In this document: in pieces, positions 13,380 to 26,412 of the stretch
Layout of the letters: every line of letters begins with the position of its first letter
Position numbering within the stretch: position 1 is the stretch's first letter
Assembly (NCBI RefSeq): GCF_001194135.2
Contig: NC_068991.1
Coordinates: forward strand, 75,546,829 to 75,610,695
Direction of reading: 5' to 3'
Origin: Octopus bimaculoides
Taxonomy: Eukaryota
DNA: 63,867 bases
Program-made: the position numbers and the translations under genes
Notes under the pieces: model-generated
The model's input: the letters and a program-made list of their open reading frames with translations, nothing else
What the model was told of the DNA's origin: nothing
Databases searched by the model: none

Positions 13380-14290
13380 ACACGCTATGCAACACCATAT
13401 TCTACATAACATTTCAAAGACAGGAACCACCTCTACGACTTGAAATCCTCTGACTTCTGCAGGACGAACAATATGACTTCCGCAATGCCAGATCTACTGA
13501 AGAACTACTATTGTATGTCACTCAGTGTCCTTAAGAAATTCGATGAAAACAGTGTTGCTGCACTTGATATCAGTAAAATGTTTGACTAAGTCTATCCTGT
13601 AAATCACCTATTTAAATTGACCATCTATGGGATCAATCACTCTCTTATTTTTTGTTCCTTTTGGAACCTTCCTGTTAACCCGTGTATACCCCTGGTTGCG
13701 CCCAAAACCTGCTCCTACTTGTTTGGACATGAACTCACCGGGAAATATCTGATTGAGCATACGAAATGTTCAGTAGGTAGTCGACACTCGTAGCTAACAG
13801 CTGCATATTGTCCTTCTCTTACAGATTGTGCATTTTGTTATGGGTATACACGGGTTAAATCGTACCTTCACAGCATGTGCTGATAGATCTCTTTCCCTTT
13901 CTCTTCGTAGAGTCAATCAACTAGGGTGCCGAAGGCTTGTCATGTACTTTGCAACATTTTTTATTACACATAAACCATATACTGACCATCAATTCCAACA
14001 ACAACAACAACAACAACTCCAATATAGATAATACTACCATCACAGTTCTCTGACCTTCCACACGCAAGTGTCAATTATGTGCAGCCTAAACATCAGACGC
14101 TAAATCAACATTAGACACATGAACAGAAATCTCGAAAATGTTCCCCAGTAGCATTATTATATTAATATTGTATTATTCAATGCAGTTGTGCCGCATTAAG
14201 CCAGGTAATGAACATCACGCAACTAAGACTTAAAATGTTGCTACGAATTCTGGGTCTCACACTCTCAAATAATCTCGTCTTTCCGGGCGA
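13380..14290 (+). mobile_element. Decayed CR1/Jockey-like LINE reverse transcriptase remnant
   Basis: Fragments QYDFRNARSTEELL, ALDISKMFD, FLLNRTF, a degenerate GVPQG and RILGLTLSNNL appear in the expected order, with many stops. Confidence 0.65.
13679..13854. mobile_element. piggyBac-type MITE (176 bp)
   Basis: Perfect 13-bp TIRs CCCGTGTATACCC / GGGTATACACGGG, flanked by TTAA at 13675-13678 and 13855-13858. Confidence 0.9.
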
Positions 14291-14508
14291 ATACACATCC
14301 ACAACATAACCAAATGTACAGCACAAAAACTGTCTTTCCTCTTCTGTCACAAGGTTTGCAAATTTTTGCAGAGCTCAAATGATAGCCAAAACAGAATATT
14401 GCTCACACAACTAGAATTGTGTTGCTACTGTCACACACATAACTTTTGTGTGGCTCATTGAGAGTAAAGGCAACAGATTTACATGAATTATTTATCAATA
14501 CACTCCAA

Positions 14509-14625
14509 GGCGCGTGGCCTAGTATCTACGGTGTCGTACTCACGATCTCCAGCTTACAGGTTTGTTTCTCGGATCGGGTGCTGCGTTGTGTTCCTGAACA
14601 AAAACTTTCTTTTCAAGTTGCTCGG
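14509..14625 (+). mobile_element. Old tRNA/CORE-SINE 5' part
   Basis: ggcgcgtggcctagt...gcgttgtgttcctgaacaaaaactttc resembles the head and CORE region of the SINE at 61076-61337. Confidence 0.55.
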
Positions 14626-14759
14626 TTCTGTGTGAGGGACCGGCAAAACAAAGAAGAGACCCAACTTTTCCTCTGCATGTCGTAAACGTCGGCTGAAAGA
14701 GGATGAGGTAGGGCGTGCACTCCGGCCTAGTAAAGCCCTCACCAGTAACGACTACTATA

Positions 14760-15006
14760 TATATATATATATATATATATTTATGTGTGTTTGTGTGTGT
14801 GTGTGTGTGTTTGTACGCCCCAACATCGCTTGACAATCGATGCCGGTGTGTTTACGTCCCCGTAACTTAGCTGTTCGGCAACAGTGACCGATAGGCTAAG
14901 TGATAGGCTTACCAAGAATAATTCCTGGGGTCGATTTGCTCGACTAAAAACAGTGCTCCAGCATGGCCGCAATCAAACGATTGAAACAAGTAAAAGAATA
15001 AAAGAA
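14760..15006 (+). mobile_element. SINE type A, 3' half
   Basis: (TA)n(TG)n followed by caacatcgcttgacaatcgatgccgg...cagcatggccgcaatc...gtaaaagaataaaagaat. Confidence 0.8.
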
Positions 15007-16095
15007 TGATGGTAGAGTTTACTATCTATTTTCTCAATTTACCGTGAAATTAAAATATTTCCAGTTTGATTGATCTTATTGCTCCTTAACTTACAACTAA
15101 GACTATTTTGATATGCTCCACGCTGTTATATAAATGTATTTAGTTGTGTCTACAATCTCTTCGTTAAGAATTATTTACCTCATAACACAAGTTTTTTCTT
15201 ACTTTGAGAAGGAATGGGTGCTGCGAGTTTTCAAAATTAGTCAGAGACGATCTACAAAATTACTCTTGTTAACAGTTCTCCGAGTATAATTAATTTTGTT
15301 TAACGGACTAGAAATTACAGTAATTTTTATAATGCAAAGGATATAATTTTGTTGCTAATTACAAAATTTGTTAATGAGTCTGCAATTTGCTGATAATGTA
15401 TAAAAAATATCTCAGAAAAAAATTGTTAAAAAAGCTATTTGTTTCGAGGTCCTCTTGAGATGAATAATCTAATGGTTAAGCGCCAATATTATATCTGCGG
15501 TACATCTTTAAATTAAGTTGTCATTGGGTAAATAGAATGACTGCGCATCGAAACTGTTATGACTGTTTATATAAAGAGCATAAATACCAGCAAATCTGAT
15601 ATATACATGCTGAAATTTACAGCTAAATTCTAGATTTAGATTTCAGTTATAAAAGCACTTGAAAAGACCTTGACATTAACAAAAACAAAACAACATGAAA
15701 CAATAAATAAGCAGGATCAATCAGACTTTAATTAATAACTGATGATCCAGTAAGTTAGTAGAACAAAACATGCAATCGCACAGAAACAATATTAACGCCA
15801 TGAATAAAATAGTAGAGATGTTTCGTGAAAACAAGCATTGTTACACGCAAACAAAATTGTATCCCGACCATAAATAGGAAAACCTATTAACAACTCATGA
15901 AATAACACACAACATGTATTATTTCAGATTTCAAAAAAAAAAAATACCATAAATGCTATAAATGATAGCGATGATAAGAATAATGATAATAACAATAATG
16001 ATAGCATTTATAATAATATGTAGTGAAACACGTCTGGAAGTCAGTGAACAAAATAAGAAACAACATACAAATGTTACTATATATATATAAGTATG

Positions 16096-16130
<35 letters not shown>

Positions 16131-17425
16131 NNNNNNNNNNNNNNNNNNNNNNNNNNNNNNNNNNNNNNNNNNNNNNNNNNNNNNNNNNNNNNNNNNNNNN
16201 NNNNNNNNNNNNNNNNNNNNNNNNNNNNNNNNNNNNNNNNNNNNNNNNNNNNNNNNNNNNNNNNNNNNNNNNNNNNNNNNNNNNNNNNNNNNNNNNNNNN
16301 NNNNNNNNNNNNNNNNNNNNNNNNNNNNNNNNNNNNNNNNNNNNNNNNNNNNNNNNNNNNNNNNNNNNNNNNNNNNNNNNNNNNNNNNNNNNNNNNNNNN
16401 NNNNNNNNNNNNNNNNNNNNNNNNNNNNNNNNNNNNNNNNNNNNNNNNNNNNNNNNNNNNNNNNNNNNNNNNNNNNNNNNNNNNNNNNNNNNNNNNNNNN
16501 NNNNNNNNNNNNNNNNNNNNNNNNNNNNATATCCAAATGCAACTATAAAAGCTGTCACCGCGTTACGAATCTAATTGTTGTATTGATCATATGAGAAAAT
16601 CATAATATATTGGCTAACTATGCACCTATAACAAAAACTCTTGAGACACAGAATATCGCACAGCATAAAATAAATATTGACAAGAAAAAAAAAAAAAACC
16701 CACCAAAAGAAACACTGAAAAAAAAAGCAGTGGAAAACAAATATTCTCTGTAGTTTCAAAAATATAAAGAAAAAAAAATAACAGGAGAATAATTATAGAA
16801 TAATGCTAATAGACAAATAGAAACCAAAATTCACTAGTCGATTAACATATTGTATTGATAGAACTTCTAAAATATGATACCCGTCACAAGTCAGAATTTT
16901 AAATTCAGGAAACAAACCGATAAAAGAAAGATACAATGAAACAACTTCATGCTTTTCAGCTATTAACTCCGCAAACTACTCTCAGGCCTGCAATTCCGTC
17001 ATAAATCTTCTTGTTTCTAAGAGCGTGTGTGCAATGACAGCAGAGAGTTGTAATAATAAATATGCCAAATCACCGAAGATAAAACACCAGATAGAACATA
17101 TTAATATACATCTAGACACCAAGCAATAGCAAAACACTTCAGAGCAAACATGTCTTTAATTATACAAGCGTACATGCGTTTATAAATGTATATGCGTTTG
17201 CAAGTCTGTGGTGTACACTTGTATACTTGCATGTATATATATCTATATATATCTATACATACATACTTACACACTCACGCACACACACACGCACGCATGC
17301 ATATCTATGCACAAAAGATTTATATGTATGCGCAATTATTTATCTTTTTCTTTCTCTTTATAATAATAATAATAATAATAACAACAACAACAACAACAAC
17401 AACAATAATAATAATAATAATAATA

Positions 17426-17960
17426 AGGCAGTGGTTCTCGTGGTTTCTGATCTTAACTGATTGAAAGTGTTATCATGTACATGTTTTATCTTGGTATAAA
17501 AGATGGACTACACAAAATATTCTTCTCAATGCCAAATTTTCTTGTAGGTTGCTTGATCTTAACCAGTTGAGCATGTCTCTTCATGGCTGACGACATGTAC
17601 ATCTCTGATAACGAGCTGGAGTAGTGGGGGAGCATCACAGCCATGTGGCGAGAGGAATACTTTTAGGGTTTGAATAATTCAACTCAGGAAACATGTCTTT
17701 TCGATTATCAACCTTAAAAAAACTCTTATTCAGACACCATTTGAGTGGGATGGGCTACAGAAGTTGAAGAAAATTTTAATTGGACCCCCACGTGCATGGT
17801 CATGTGCTGTCTATTTTGATAGGAGATCAATATGTTGTGCACATATGATTGTGATGCGTGTGCTTGGTGTACCTTTCTCAGGGTATATTGAGCTTCACAT
17901 ATTTGTACCCCAGAGTCACTTTGATGGCATGCGGTGCTCTCTCACTCAATAATAATAATA
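17426..17960 (+). mobile_element. 5'-truncated retroposed 3'UTR of a Dong/R4-like LINE, flanked on both sides by (AAT)n
   Basis: Homologous to 30690-31125 and 33478-33840. All three copies end in ctctcactc followed by an (AAT/AAC)n tail and start at different points. Confidence 0.6.
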
Positions 17961-18545
17961 GATGGATTCTCTTGTCGTGAACGACAAATGAGGATTCAGT
18001 AAAATAAAGCGTTAATCATGTTCTGTGGACACGAACGTATCTCATGAAGCCTGCTGGTACTTTGCAAACCTTTTGGCAAATGGAACGTGTTGAGGAGTCT
18101 GTTTGTTCGAATGCTTGTGGATCATTCACTATGTGTTTTCTTGAGTGGATGGCAAAGCCTGATTTGCATCGTGTTATAAACCCACAATGACAGGTAAGGT
18201 TTCTATTTAGGTAAGGTAAGGTTTCTATTTAGGTAAGGTAAGGTTTCTATTTAGGGGAACTGCGTTTTGCCAGCGTGCCTGTATGAAGTTGGTCCCAATG
18301 TTGGAGTCGACTTTGCTCCAATCTTTAAACTGAGTAGAAGCAGGACTGGCACCAGGTCCTACCTTCTGTTGATTTGTTTTCCCAGCAAGGAAAGGGAATC
18401 CTGCATTGCTTCAGATTGTCTTTTAGCTTGTCTTTGAAGCGCAAGAGTGGCCTTCCAACTGATCTCTCTGTTGGGAATTGGCCAAAGAGAAGTTGCTTCG
18501 GAATCCTGATATCACTCTCGCTTGTGTTTTACAATGGTATTAGAA
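17961..18545 (-). mobile_element. RTE (BovB-like) LINE 3' end
   Basis: Minus-strand translation SDIRIPKQLLFGQ...GRPLLRFKDKLKDNLKQC.I...WE, then a C-terminal Cys/His segment and a (TAT)n tail. Confidence 0.8.
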
Positions 18546-18597
18546 ATAATATACCCGTTTGCATTTTAAAATTGTTGCATTATTAGCAATAATATAT

Positions 18598-18829
18598 GTT
18601 TCTTATTTCTTTACTGCCCACAAGGGGCTACACACAGAAGGGACAAACAAGGACAGACAAAGGGATTAAGTCGATTACATTGACCCCAGTGCGTAACTGG
18701 TACTTAATTTATCGACCCCGAAAGGATGAAAGGCAAAGTTGACCTTGGCGGAATTTGAACTCAGAACGTAGACAGACGAAATACTACTAAACATTTCGCC
18801 CGGCGTGCTAGCGTTTCTGCCAGCTCGCC
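18598..18829 (-). mobile_element. tRNA-derived CORE-SINE, type B (OR2-like), well preserved
   Basis: ggcgagctggcagaaacgctagcacgccggg...gagttcaaattccgcc...ctttgcctttcatcctttcggggtcgataaattaagtacc. The family name is from recall. Confidence 0.8.
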
Positions 18830-19508
18830 TAATACATATATACTTAGATAATATATACGTTATATATATATATATAATATTTATATTTATATAATATACT
18901 TGTATAATATATACATTTCTACTTTGCACTTGAAGCGGTATTAGGAAAAGAATTCCCGTCTTATTTTACAATCAATACACCATTAGGTATCACAGAGCCG
19001 TTTCTCTCTTACAATTGCTGAAGTGTTAGGAAATATTTGCAGCCTTAGAAATAATATACTCATCTCTTATTTTTGTTCTTGCATTTGTTCCATATCGTCT
19101 ACTCAAAAGTTCTTAATACAGATATTATCTGTAAAGCAATTAATATTGATTTTAATCCAATAATATTGGTTTTATGAGCTCTATGGAAATTTGTTTCACT
19201 TTCGTTTGTGCTTTTATTCAATTCAGTTACTGGAATATCGTAATATTTCGACATTACTTTGAAAAGATTTTAGCCAGTTATAGCGACCCTCACTATTTAG
19301 TCTAGTTCTCATTTTATCGATCTCTATTTATACAAACGCAATGTTCATATGAGTTTCATCCCTCCAAAGTTACTTTCTTTTACAGACTTTAACACCATAA
19401 TGTACATATATCAAAATCAACGTGCACACACGCACACGCACACACACATACACACTTAAACACTCACACACATTCACACACATGCACGAGCACATACAGG
19501 CTCAAACG

Positions 19509-19542
<34 letters not shown>

Positions 19543-21291
19543 TATATATTTCCGGTGTGTATAAGCAACTGAAAGTATTGGACGGAAGTCGACCGCAAGA
19601 TTAACCGGTAGCTTAAGTTGATTCTCATTTCAGATGAGCCGACAGGAATCAATGCTCCTGACCAAATAGGAAACTAACGAAAACCGTGTAAAGGACATTA
19701 ACGTATATTTACCTGCGACTGACAGGTGGTTATACTCACCTGTTTATCATAACCTATGAAAATGCTTGGCCTAGTTGTTAGGTGTAGCGCTTGTGATAGT
19801 TAACTTGTTGGTTCTATTCTCGAACGAGCCGGGCGTGTTGTATCTTGGAGCAATACATTTCATTTCAAATTGGTCCCAATCTGCTCAACTGAAATGACTA
19901 CCCACCAAAAGCAGGGGTTAATCTTACGGTAGACTTCCAACCTGCTAAAGTGATGTTTTGTACTTTCAGTCGCTTATACATTTCGGAAAAATCTCCGCCT
20001 TAATGAGACACCGAAACTCGAAATGCTGAAAGAAGGAAGAGGAAGCTTCATATTGACAATGGAGTATTATATAATGAAAACAGATTTTCAAAATACAATA
20101 TTGTTCAAGCGAGAAGAAGGAAATCTTTATTGAGCTTGAATCGTCAATTGTAACAGTACCTTTTGAAGCTAGGTATTTATAAGAGAACTAACTTCCGTAC
20201 ATTACACTGGCTTTCTAGTTTGTATTTATCTACCCATCAATATAACGAATTATCTTTACATACATACATGAATACATACATACACACATATATACACACA
20301 CTCACATAGACACACACATATACAGATGTGTGTGTAAAAGTATATATACCGCACACATACATAGGCACACACATTAATAGACATTCATATATTTGTAAAA
20401 ATGTGTATCAACATACGTATGTATGTATATACATACATACATACATACAATCATAAATGCATACGTGCATACATGCATACATACATATATATATATATAT
20501 ATATANNNNNNNNNNNNNNNNNNNNNNNNNNNNNNNNNNNNNNNNNNNNNNNNNNNNNNNNNNNNNNNNNNNNNNNNNNNNNNNNNNNNNNNNNNNNNNN
20601 NNNNNNNNNNNNNNNNNNNNNNNNNNNNNNNNNNNNNNNNNNNNNNNNNNNNNNNNNNNNNNNNNNNNNNNNNNNNNNNNNNNNNNNNNNNNNNNNNNNN
20701 NNNNNNNNNNNNNNNNNNNNNNNNNNNNNNNNNNNNNNNNNNNNNNNNNNNNNNNNNNNNNNNNNNNNNNNNNNNNNNNNNNNNNNNNNNNNNNNNNNNN
20801 NNNNNNNNNNNNNNNNNNNNNNNNNNNNNNNNNNNNNNNNNNNNNNNNNNNNNNNNNNNNNNNNNNNNNNNNNNNNNNNNNNNNNNNNNNNNNNNNNNNN
20901 NNNNNNNNNNNNNNNNNNNNNNNNNNNNNNNNNNNNNNNNNNNNNNNNNNNNNNNNNNNNNNNNNNNNNNNNNNNNNNNNNNNNNNNNNNNNNNNNNNNN
21001 NNNNNNNNNNNNNNNNNNNNNNNNNNNNNNNNNNNNNNNNNNNNNNNNNNNNNNNNNNNNNNNNNNNNNNNNNNNNNNNNNNNNNNNNNNNNNNNNNNNN
21101 NNNNNNNNNNNNNNNNNNNNNNNNNNNNNNNNNNNNNNNNNNNNNNNNNNNNNNNNNNNNNNNNNNNNNNNNNNNNNNNNNNNNNNNNNNNNNNNNNNNN
21201 NNNNNNNNNNNNNNNNNNNNNNNNNNNNNNNNNNNNNNNNNNNNNNNNNNNNNNNNNNNNNNNNNNNNNNNNNNNNNNNNNNNNNNNNNNN

Positions 21292-21325
<34 letters not shown>

Positions 21326-21344
21326 GCATATGCATATATGTGTA

Positions 21345-21560
21345 CAGGATGTCACAAACCGTAAACAGCATGAAATACGAAAACAAATGCGTTGAGTACG
21401 CAAACAAGGAGATATACGAATGGAAAACAGGACAAGTAACATAAAGAACGACCCCTTCATTAGTTGTCTGCTGTCCATCTACACCTCATTTCGAGCATTG
21501 AACAACAATATGAGACTTCGAAGGCAGTTGCTCCCACAAAATCAGGACAGAGGAAGCATA
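21345..21560. repeat. Unclassified interspersed repeat (possibly a Penelope-like terminal region), copy 1
   Basis: Shares gaatggaaaacaggacaagtaac...aaagaacgaccc...ttcgaag.cagttgctc with 60310-60520. Confidence 0.6.
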
Positions 21561-21596
21561 CAAGGAAACCACACATACACACGCACACGCATACAC

Positions 21597-21632
<36 letters not shown>

Positions 21633-21744
21633 CTGTATACATATATATATATATACATGATATACACACATTCAAGTGTATGTATGTATATGCATGTATA
21701 TCTGTATGTATGTATAAATGGATATACATATACATACATAAATA

Positions 21745-21883
21745 CACAAGCAGGGATAGCTTCCAAACCACACGGTTCCAAGTTCAGTCCCACTGTGTGG
21801 TACCTTAAGCAAGTTTCATCTACTATATTCTCGGGCCGAGCAAAGCCTTGTGACTGCTTTTGGTAGACAGAAAATGAAAGATA

Positions 21884-21914
<31 letters not shown>

Positions 21915-22150
21915 ATGCATGTATGTATGTATGTATGTATGTATGTATGTATGTATGTATTTGTGTGTCTACGCTTGTACCCCACCATCGCTTGGCAACT
22001 GATGTTGGTGTACTTACGTAACTAAGCAGTTTGGCAATCGTCACCCGATAGAATAATTACTTGGCTAACAAAAATAAGTTCCATGGTCGATTTGTTAGAC
22101 TAAAGGCTGTGCTCCAACATCGCTGCAGTCAGATTACTGAAACAAATAAA
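21745..22150 (+). mobile_element. SINE type A
   Basis: Head remnant, (TATG)n middle and tail homologous to 5839-6233. Confidence 0.75.
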
Positions 22151-22704
22151 ATAATAAAAGCATATGGATATGTATATAAACATACACATATATAATGTAT
22201 GTACATATACATACGCGTGTGAATGTGTGTGTGTTTGTGTGCGTGCATGCGTGGATTAACATATACTAACCGGTGAGTAGATATTATTTCATACACATCC
22301 AATATAAACGAAGTTATCACAATTCACTGTATTAAACAACATACGCAAATGTTAATGTAAATATGTCCCCAAGTCAGAATTAGATATGGTTAATGTGCAC
22401 CAGGTAGATAGACTTAGAGTTTATTATATTTGAATATTTGAACCAATACAGTTCTATATTTGAACCAATGAATAAGCAGAGTTAATATGTAATGAATATG
22501 TAATTATATTTATTTCTATGTTAAGAAATATAACACTACAATATGATTTATATTAGATACAGATATTAAAGAAATTGTAGATAATAACTCCACCAATCAT
22601 CAAATCTCTCAAGGCAACAGCATTGCTTTGCGTTGAGAGATTTGCGTTCCAACTATGAGATACCAGTTTCAAACCCATTACATTGCGAACATAGTTAAGG
22701 GTTC

Positions 22705-22928
22705 TTGTATGCTGTTAACTTAATGTGACAGTCCCCTGAAGGGAATAATACTACTGTTGGTTAGACCTAGGACACAGGACATAAATATAAGGACACAGGA
22801 CATAAACATAAGGACACAGAAAATATGTCAAGGCCGACAGGAAGCGGTACAGCTTCCTAGATCTAACCAACAGTACAACAGTAGTATTATTCCCTTCAGG
22901 GGACTGTCATTAAGTTGACAGCATACAA
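22705..22928. mobile_element. Foldback element or MITE of unknown superfamily
   Basis: Arms 22705-22772 and 22855-22928 are near-perfect inverted repeats (2 mismatches, 2 small indels). The spacer holds 2.5 copies of a 21-bp unit, aggacacaggacataaa(t/c)ata. Confidence 0.75.
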
Positions 22929-23059
22929 CTACTTCATCGTATCACTACTACATAAATCTCTCTGAGAGATTTAGAAATGTATTATTTCAAAATAGTTTAT
23001 GGTTGATTAAAAATTTGGGCATGGGACTAAATTTGTATGGAATGAATCTAAAACTTATC

Positions 23060-23400
23060 CTTCTCGGCATGCCCTGCCGTGCCGAGTTAAGGGTCCTTCC
23101 CCTCGTATCGTGCTGGGTTAAGGCGTCTTCCCATCATTCCATGCCGTGGGAAGGAGCGCAAAATGGCACGGCATGACACGACGAGAAGACGCCTTAATTC
23201 GTGCCACGCCATGCCGAGTTAAGGTTCATTCCCGTGGTCGCGTACCTTCCCGAGTTCGTGGACCTTCCTGCCCTGTCATGCCGCGCCGAGTTAAAACCTC
23301 TTCTCATGCTGCCGTGTCATGTCCAATTAAAGCAGTTTGCTAAAACGTGTCCTCGTCGTGACGTGCCGAGTTAAGGCTCCTCTCCGGTGTGCCGTGCTTT
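23060..23400. repeat. GC-rich degenerate array of a tgccgtGCCGAGTTAAgg motif
   Basis: Motif copies at about 23081, 23112, 23213, 23249, 23285, 23321 and 23365, with 36-bp spacing in the central run. One inverted copy forms ttaaggcgtcttc...gaagacgccttaa. Confidence 0.7.
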
Positions 23401-24508
23401 GCGGCAGGGCCTCCACACAGTTTCTGACTACCATATTACTCAAGAGATTAATCGTATTAGCCGGCCCGGGGTTGTAGCAGAATGCACTTGTACAAGGTGT
23501 CGTAGAGTGGAGATGAACCTGAAACCACTTGATTGCAGGGCCCTAGCTTCTTAACCACATACCTAGGTTTGCGGTTATTCATAGCCATGCCCGTAGAAAA
23601 TAAATCTCTAAATCATTGCCACAAAGAAACGCAGACACCAGCAAAGAAAATGATGAAATACCAGTGAAGAAGCAAAGCAGAAAATTCACGAAACTGCAAT
23701 CCCTATTTTTATATCTTCACATGTCCCTAAACAAGACCACAAACCACTATAGAGATAAAAGTCCAACTCACAGCAGACAAACTGATATTTTCCAACTTTG
23801 ATCAAGTGATTATTGCCGTCGCAGACAATCACAATTTTATTTTTCAAACATCATTTGTTTTTGTAACTTTTTCTAGTATCACAGAACATTGCTGTAGGAA
23901 TAGAATGTGAAACAATGTAATAGAATGAGAATATATAGTTTGTGTTTATTTACTGAATCAAAAGTAGAAAAGTGCACAGAACACCTTTGAGTAAAGTCTG
24001 GTATATATATTTATTCACATGTAAGTTAAACATATATTTGAGTAAGATTTCTTTCGAGTGTTTTATTTTGTTTACAAATAATTTGTAAATCTATGGTTAT
24101 GCATGTGTTGTATATAGTACGCTCATGTAATTTGTGAGAGTCCCACATTTCGTCGATCGATATACGTGTGAACATAACATAGATATTTACTAATGCTAGT
24201 GCTCCTTTAATGGTGCTGTGTTTGAAGTTTGGATATACATGAAGACGTGTCTTTTGACCCCTGTAGTAAATAAGGTCTCTATATATACAATATCTAAGTA
24301 TTCGCGCTCGTGTGTGTATGTGGGGGTGTTATTTTATTTGTATGTTTATTGTGTATTATGTATCCGTCTTACGTGATAGTAATTTCAATTGGACGTTTCA
24401 TCCCTGTCGGCTGTATTTCCTTGTTATTATTTCGTATGCTACCAACAACCATCGAATCAAATTAAGTTTTCTGTTGGTTAATGTGGAATAAGACCAGCGA
24501 ACGGAAGT

Positions 24509-24570
<62 letters not shown>

Positions 24571-25642
24571 GCTTTACTGGTAGATTTTTTTATTATTTAA
24601 AACAAAGCGAAACGTGCTTATTATACAGAGAGAACTCATAAGAGAGAAGCAAACAAAGTTATTAGTGACATTTCATGTTTTCTATGCTGGGGCAAAGATC
24701 TAAATGATTGTGTTCACTGGAGATAATGCAACAAGCTTTGGTGATGATGTGAAAGTAAGGCGGAATGGTTTACTAACTCGGAACGAGGTTAAGGAAAGTT
24801 ATGTCAACACAGACAGCTATTAGATTGAAAAATAGAGAATATGCAGCATCTGATGTCGCTATTTGCCGTTCCTGATTCTGTTCTTATTTTTCTTGTCATT
24901 GTTGTAGCTTTCTCTACTATATCTAAAGTGTGCATCTGTTTATACGATAGTTATTGCACAAACGTAGCTGTAACTTTTCCGAGATTATAAGCTAACTGTG
25001 AAATAATCCCCGCCATCTGAGATGTGCATTGTTTGTGACCGAGATAATAAGCAACAAATGCACTCGTTACAAACAGATTCTAAGGTTTTAGTGCAATAAT
25101 AATACGTTGAAGAAAGCAATTTTACTTCTGTTTCACAGTAAACCTATTTCATATTGGTATTTGATGTGGATTCTTTGAAATAGAATTTGCAAAGAATTTA
25201 GTCGAACGTTCTGTCTCAAATATTTGGTCAGCTTCTCTGTTAATGCTGTCATATAACGACTCTTAAAAACGATATTTTCTTTGGCGCATCTACAGCTCAT
25301 GTCCAGATATTATTACACAATGAAGTTGTTAACAGCGGTACAATGTGATGCTCAAAATAACAACGGCGCAATATGAATAAATGCCATTTCATGCTTTTAT
25401 TTATTTCATTTATTAGACTTGAAAGGTTTGGTCAATTAAATCGATCTCAAGACTTATTTCTAAATTCTAACATGTATTCCATTGGTCAGTTTAGCCGAGC
25501 CGCTCATCCGTGGGAACGTACTCATCTATGGGAACGTACACTAACCAATACTGGTAGTCACGTGTTGCAGAGACAAACGCCAAGTCATACACGCTATACA
25601 TAAACACACGCCTCTACATAAATTTATGTGTATGCATATACG

Positions 25643-26010
25643 TATATACACGTATATCTTCTTCTTTCACTCCGTCGGTTACGACGACGAGGGTTCCAGT
25701 TGATCCGATCAACGGAACAGCTTGCTCGTGAAATTAACGTGCAAGTGGCTGAGCACTCCACGGACACGTGTACCCTGAACGTAGTTCTCGGGCATATTCA
25801 GCGTGACACAGAGAGTGACAAGCCTGGCCCTTTGAAATACAGATACAACAGAAACAGGAAGAAAGAGTGAGAGAAAGTTGTGGTGAAAGAGTACAGCAGG
25901 GTTCGCTAGCATCTCCTGCCGGAGCCTAGTGGAGCTTTAAGCGTTGTCGCTCAATAAACTCTCACAACGCCCGGTCTGGGAACCGAAACCGCGAGCCCGC
26001 TGCCCTAACC
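25643..26010 (-). mobile_element. tRNA-derived SINE, type C
   Basis: Minus strand: ggttagggcagcgggctcgcggtttcggttcccagacc head, distinct body, and tail ...ggaaccctcgtcgtcgtaaccgacggagtg followed by (gaa)n. Confidence 0.7.
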
Positions 26011-26354
26011 AGCCTGAGTAAAAATGTCCGTAGACTACAGATATTATTATATTATATGTGCGTATAAGTGTTATTTACTAGGGGAAAGCCATGAAGTAGT
26101 TTTCCATCTCGCTAGAAATGGGCGCTGTGCGTTTTATTTGATGCGGTATGTATTCGAGTTTTTGTATTTATATGCCAATAGCGATGAGACATAGATGGTT
26201 TAATGCATTGATTGATTAATTAATTAATTAGTGTATTTAATCGTTAAGGGCGAAACTTCGAAGTACGGGAATGACTAATCATCTTTGAATACCCTCAAAT
26301 TGTCGTGCCCGCCTACATTCAACGCGCCAAAATAAGAATAAATTATATATATAT

Positions 26355-26412
<58 letters not shown>

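Noticed and set aside
19740-19753. Minus-strand 14-nt microexon with perfect AG/GTGAGT flanks
   Set aside because: Frame-shifting length, lies at the edge of an old SINE, and is expected by chance in 64 kb.
18194-23400. The 22-bp and 36-bp repeats as CRISPR arrays
   Set aside because: Eukaryotic context, no identical repeats with unique spacers, and no cas genes.
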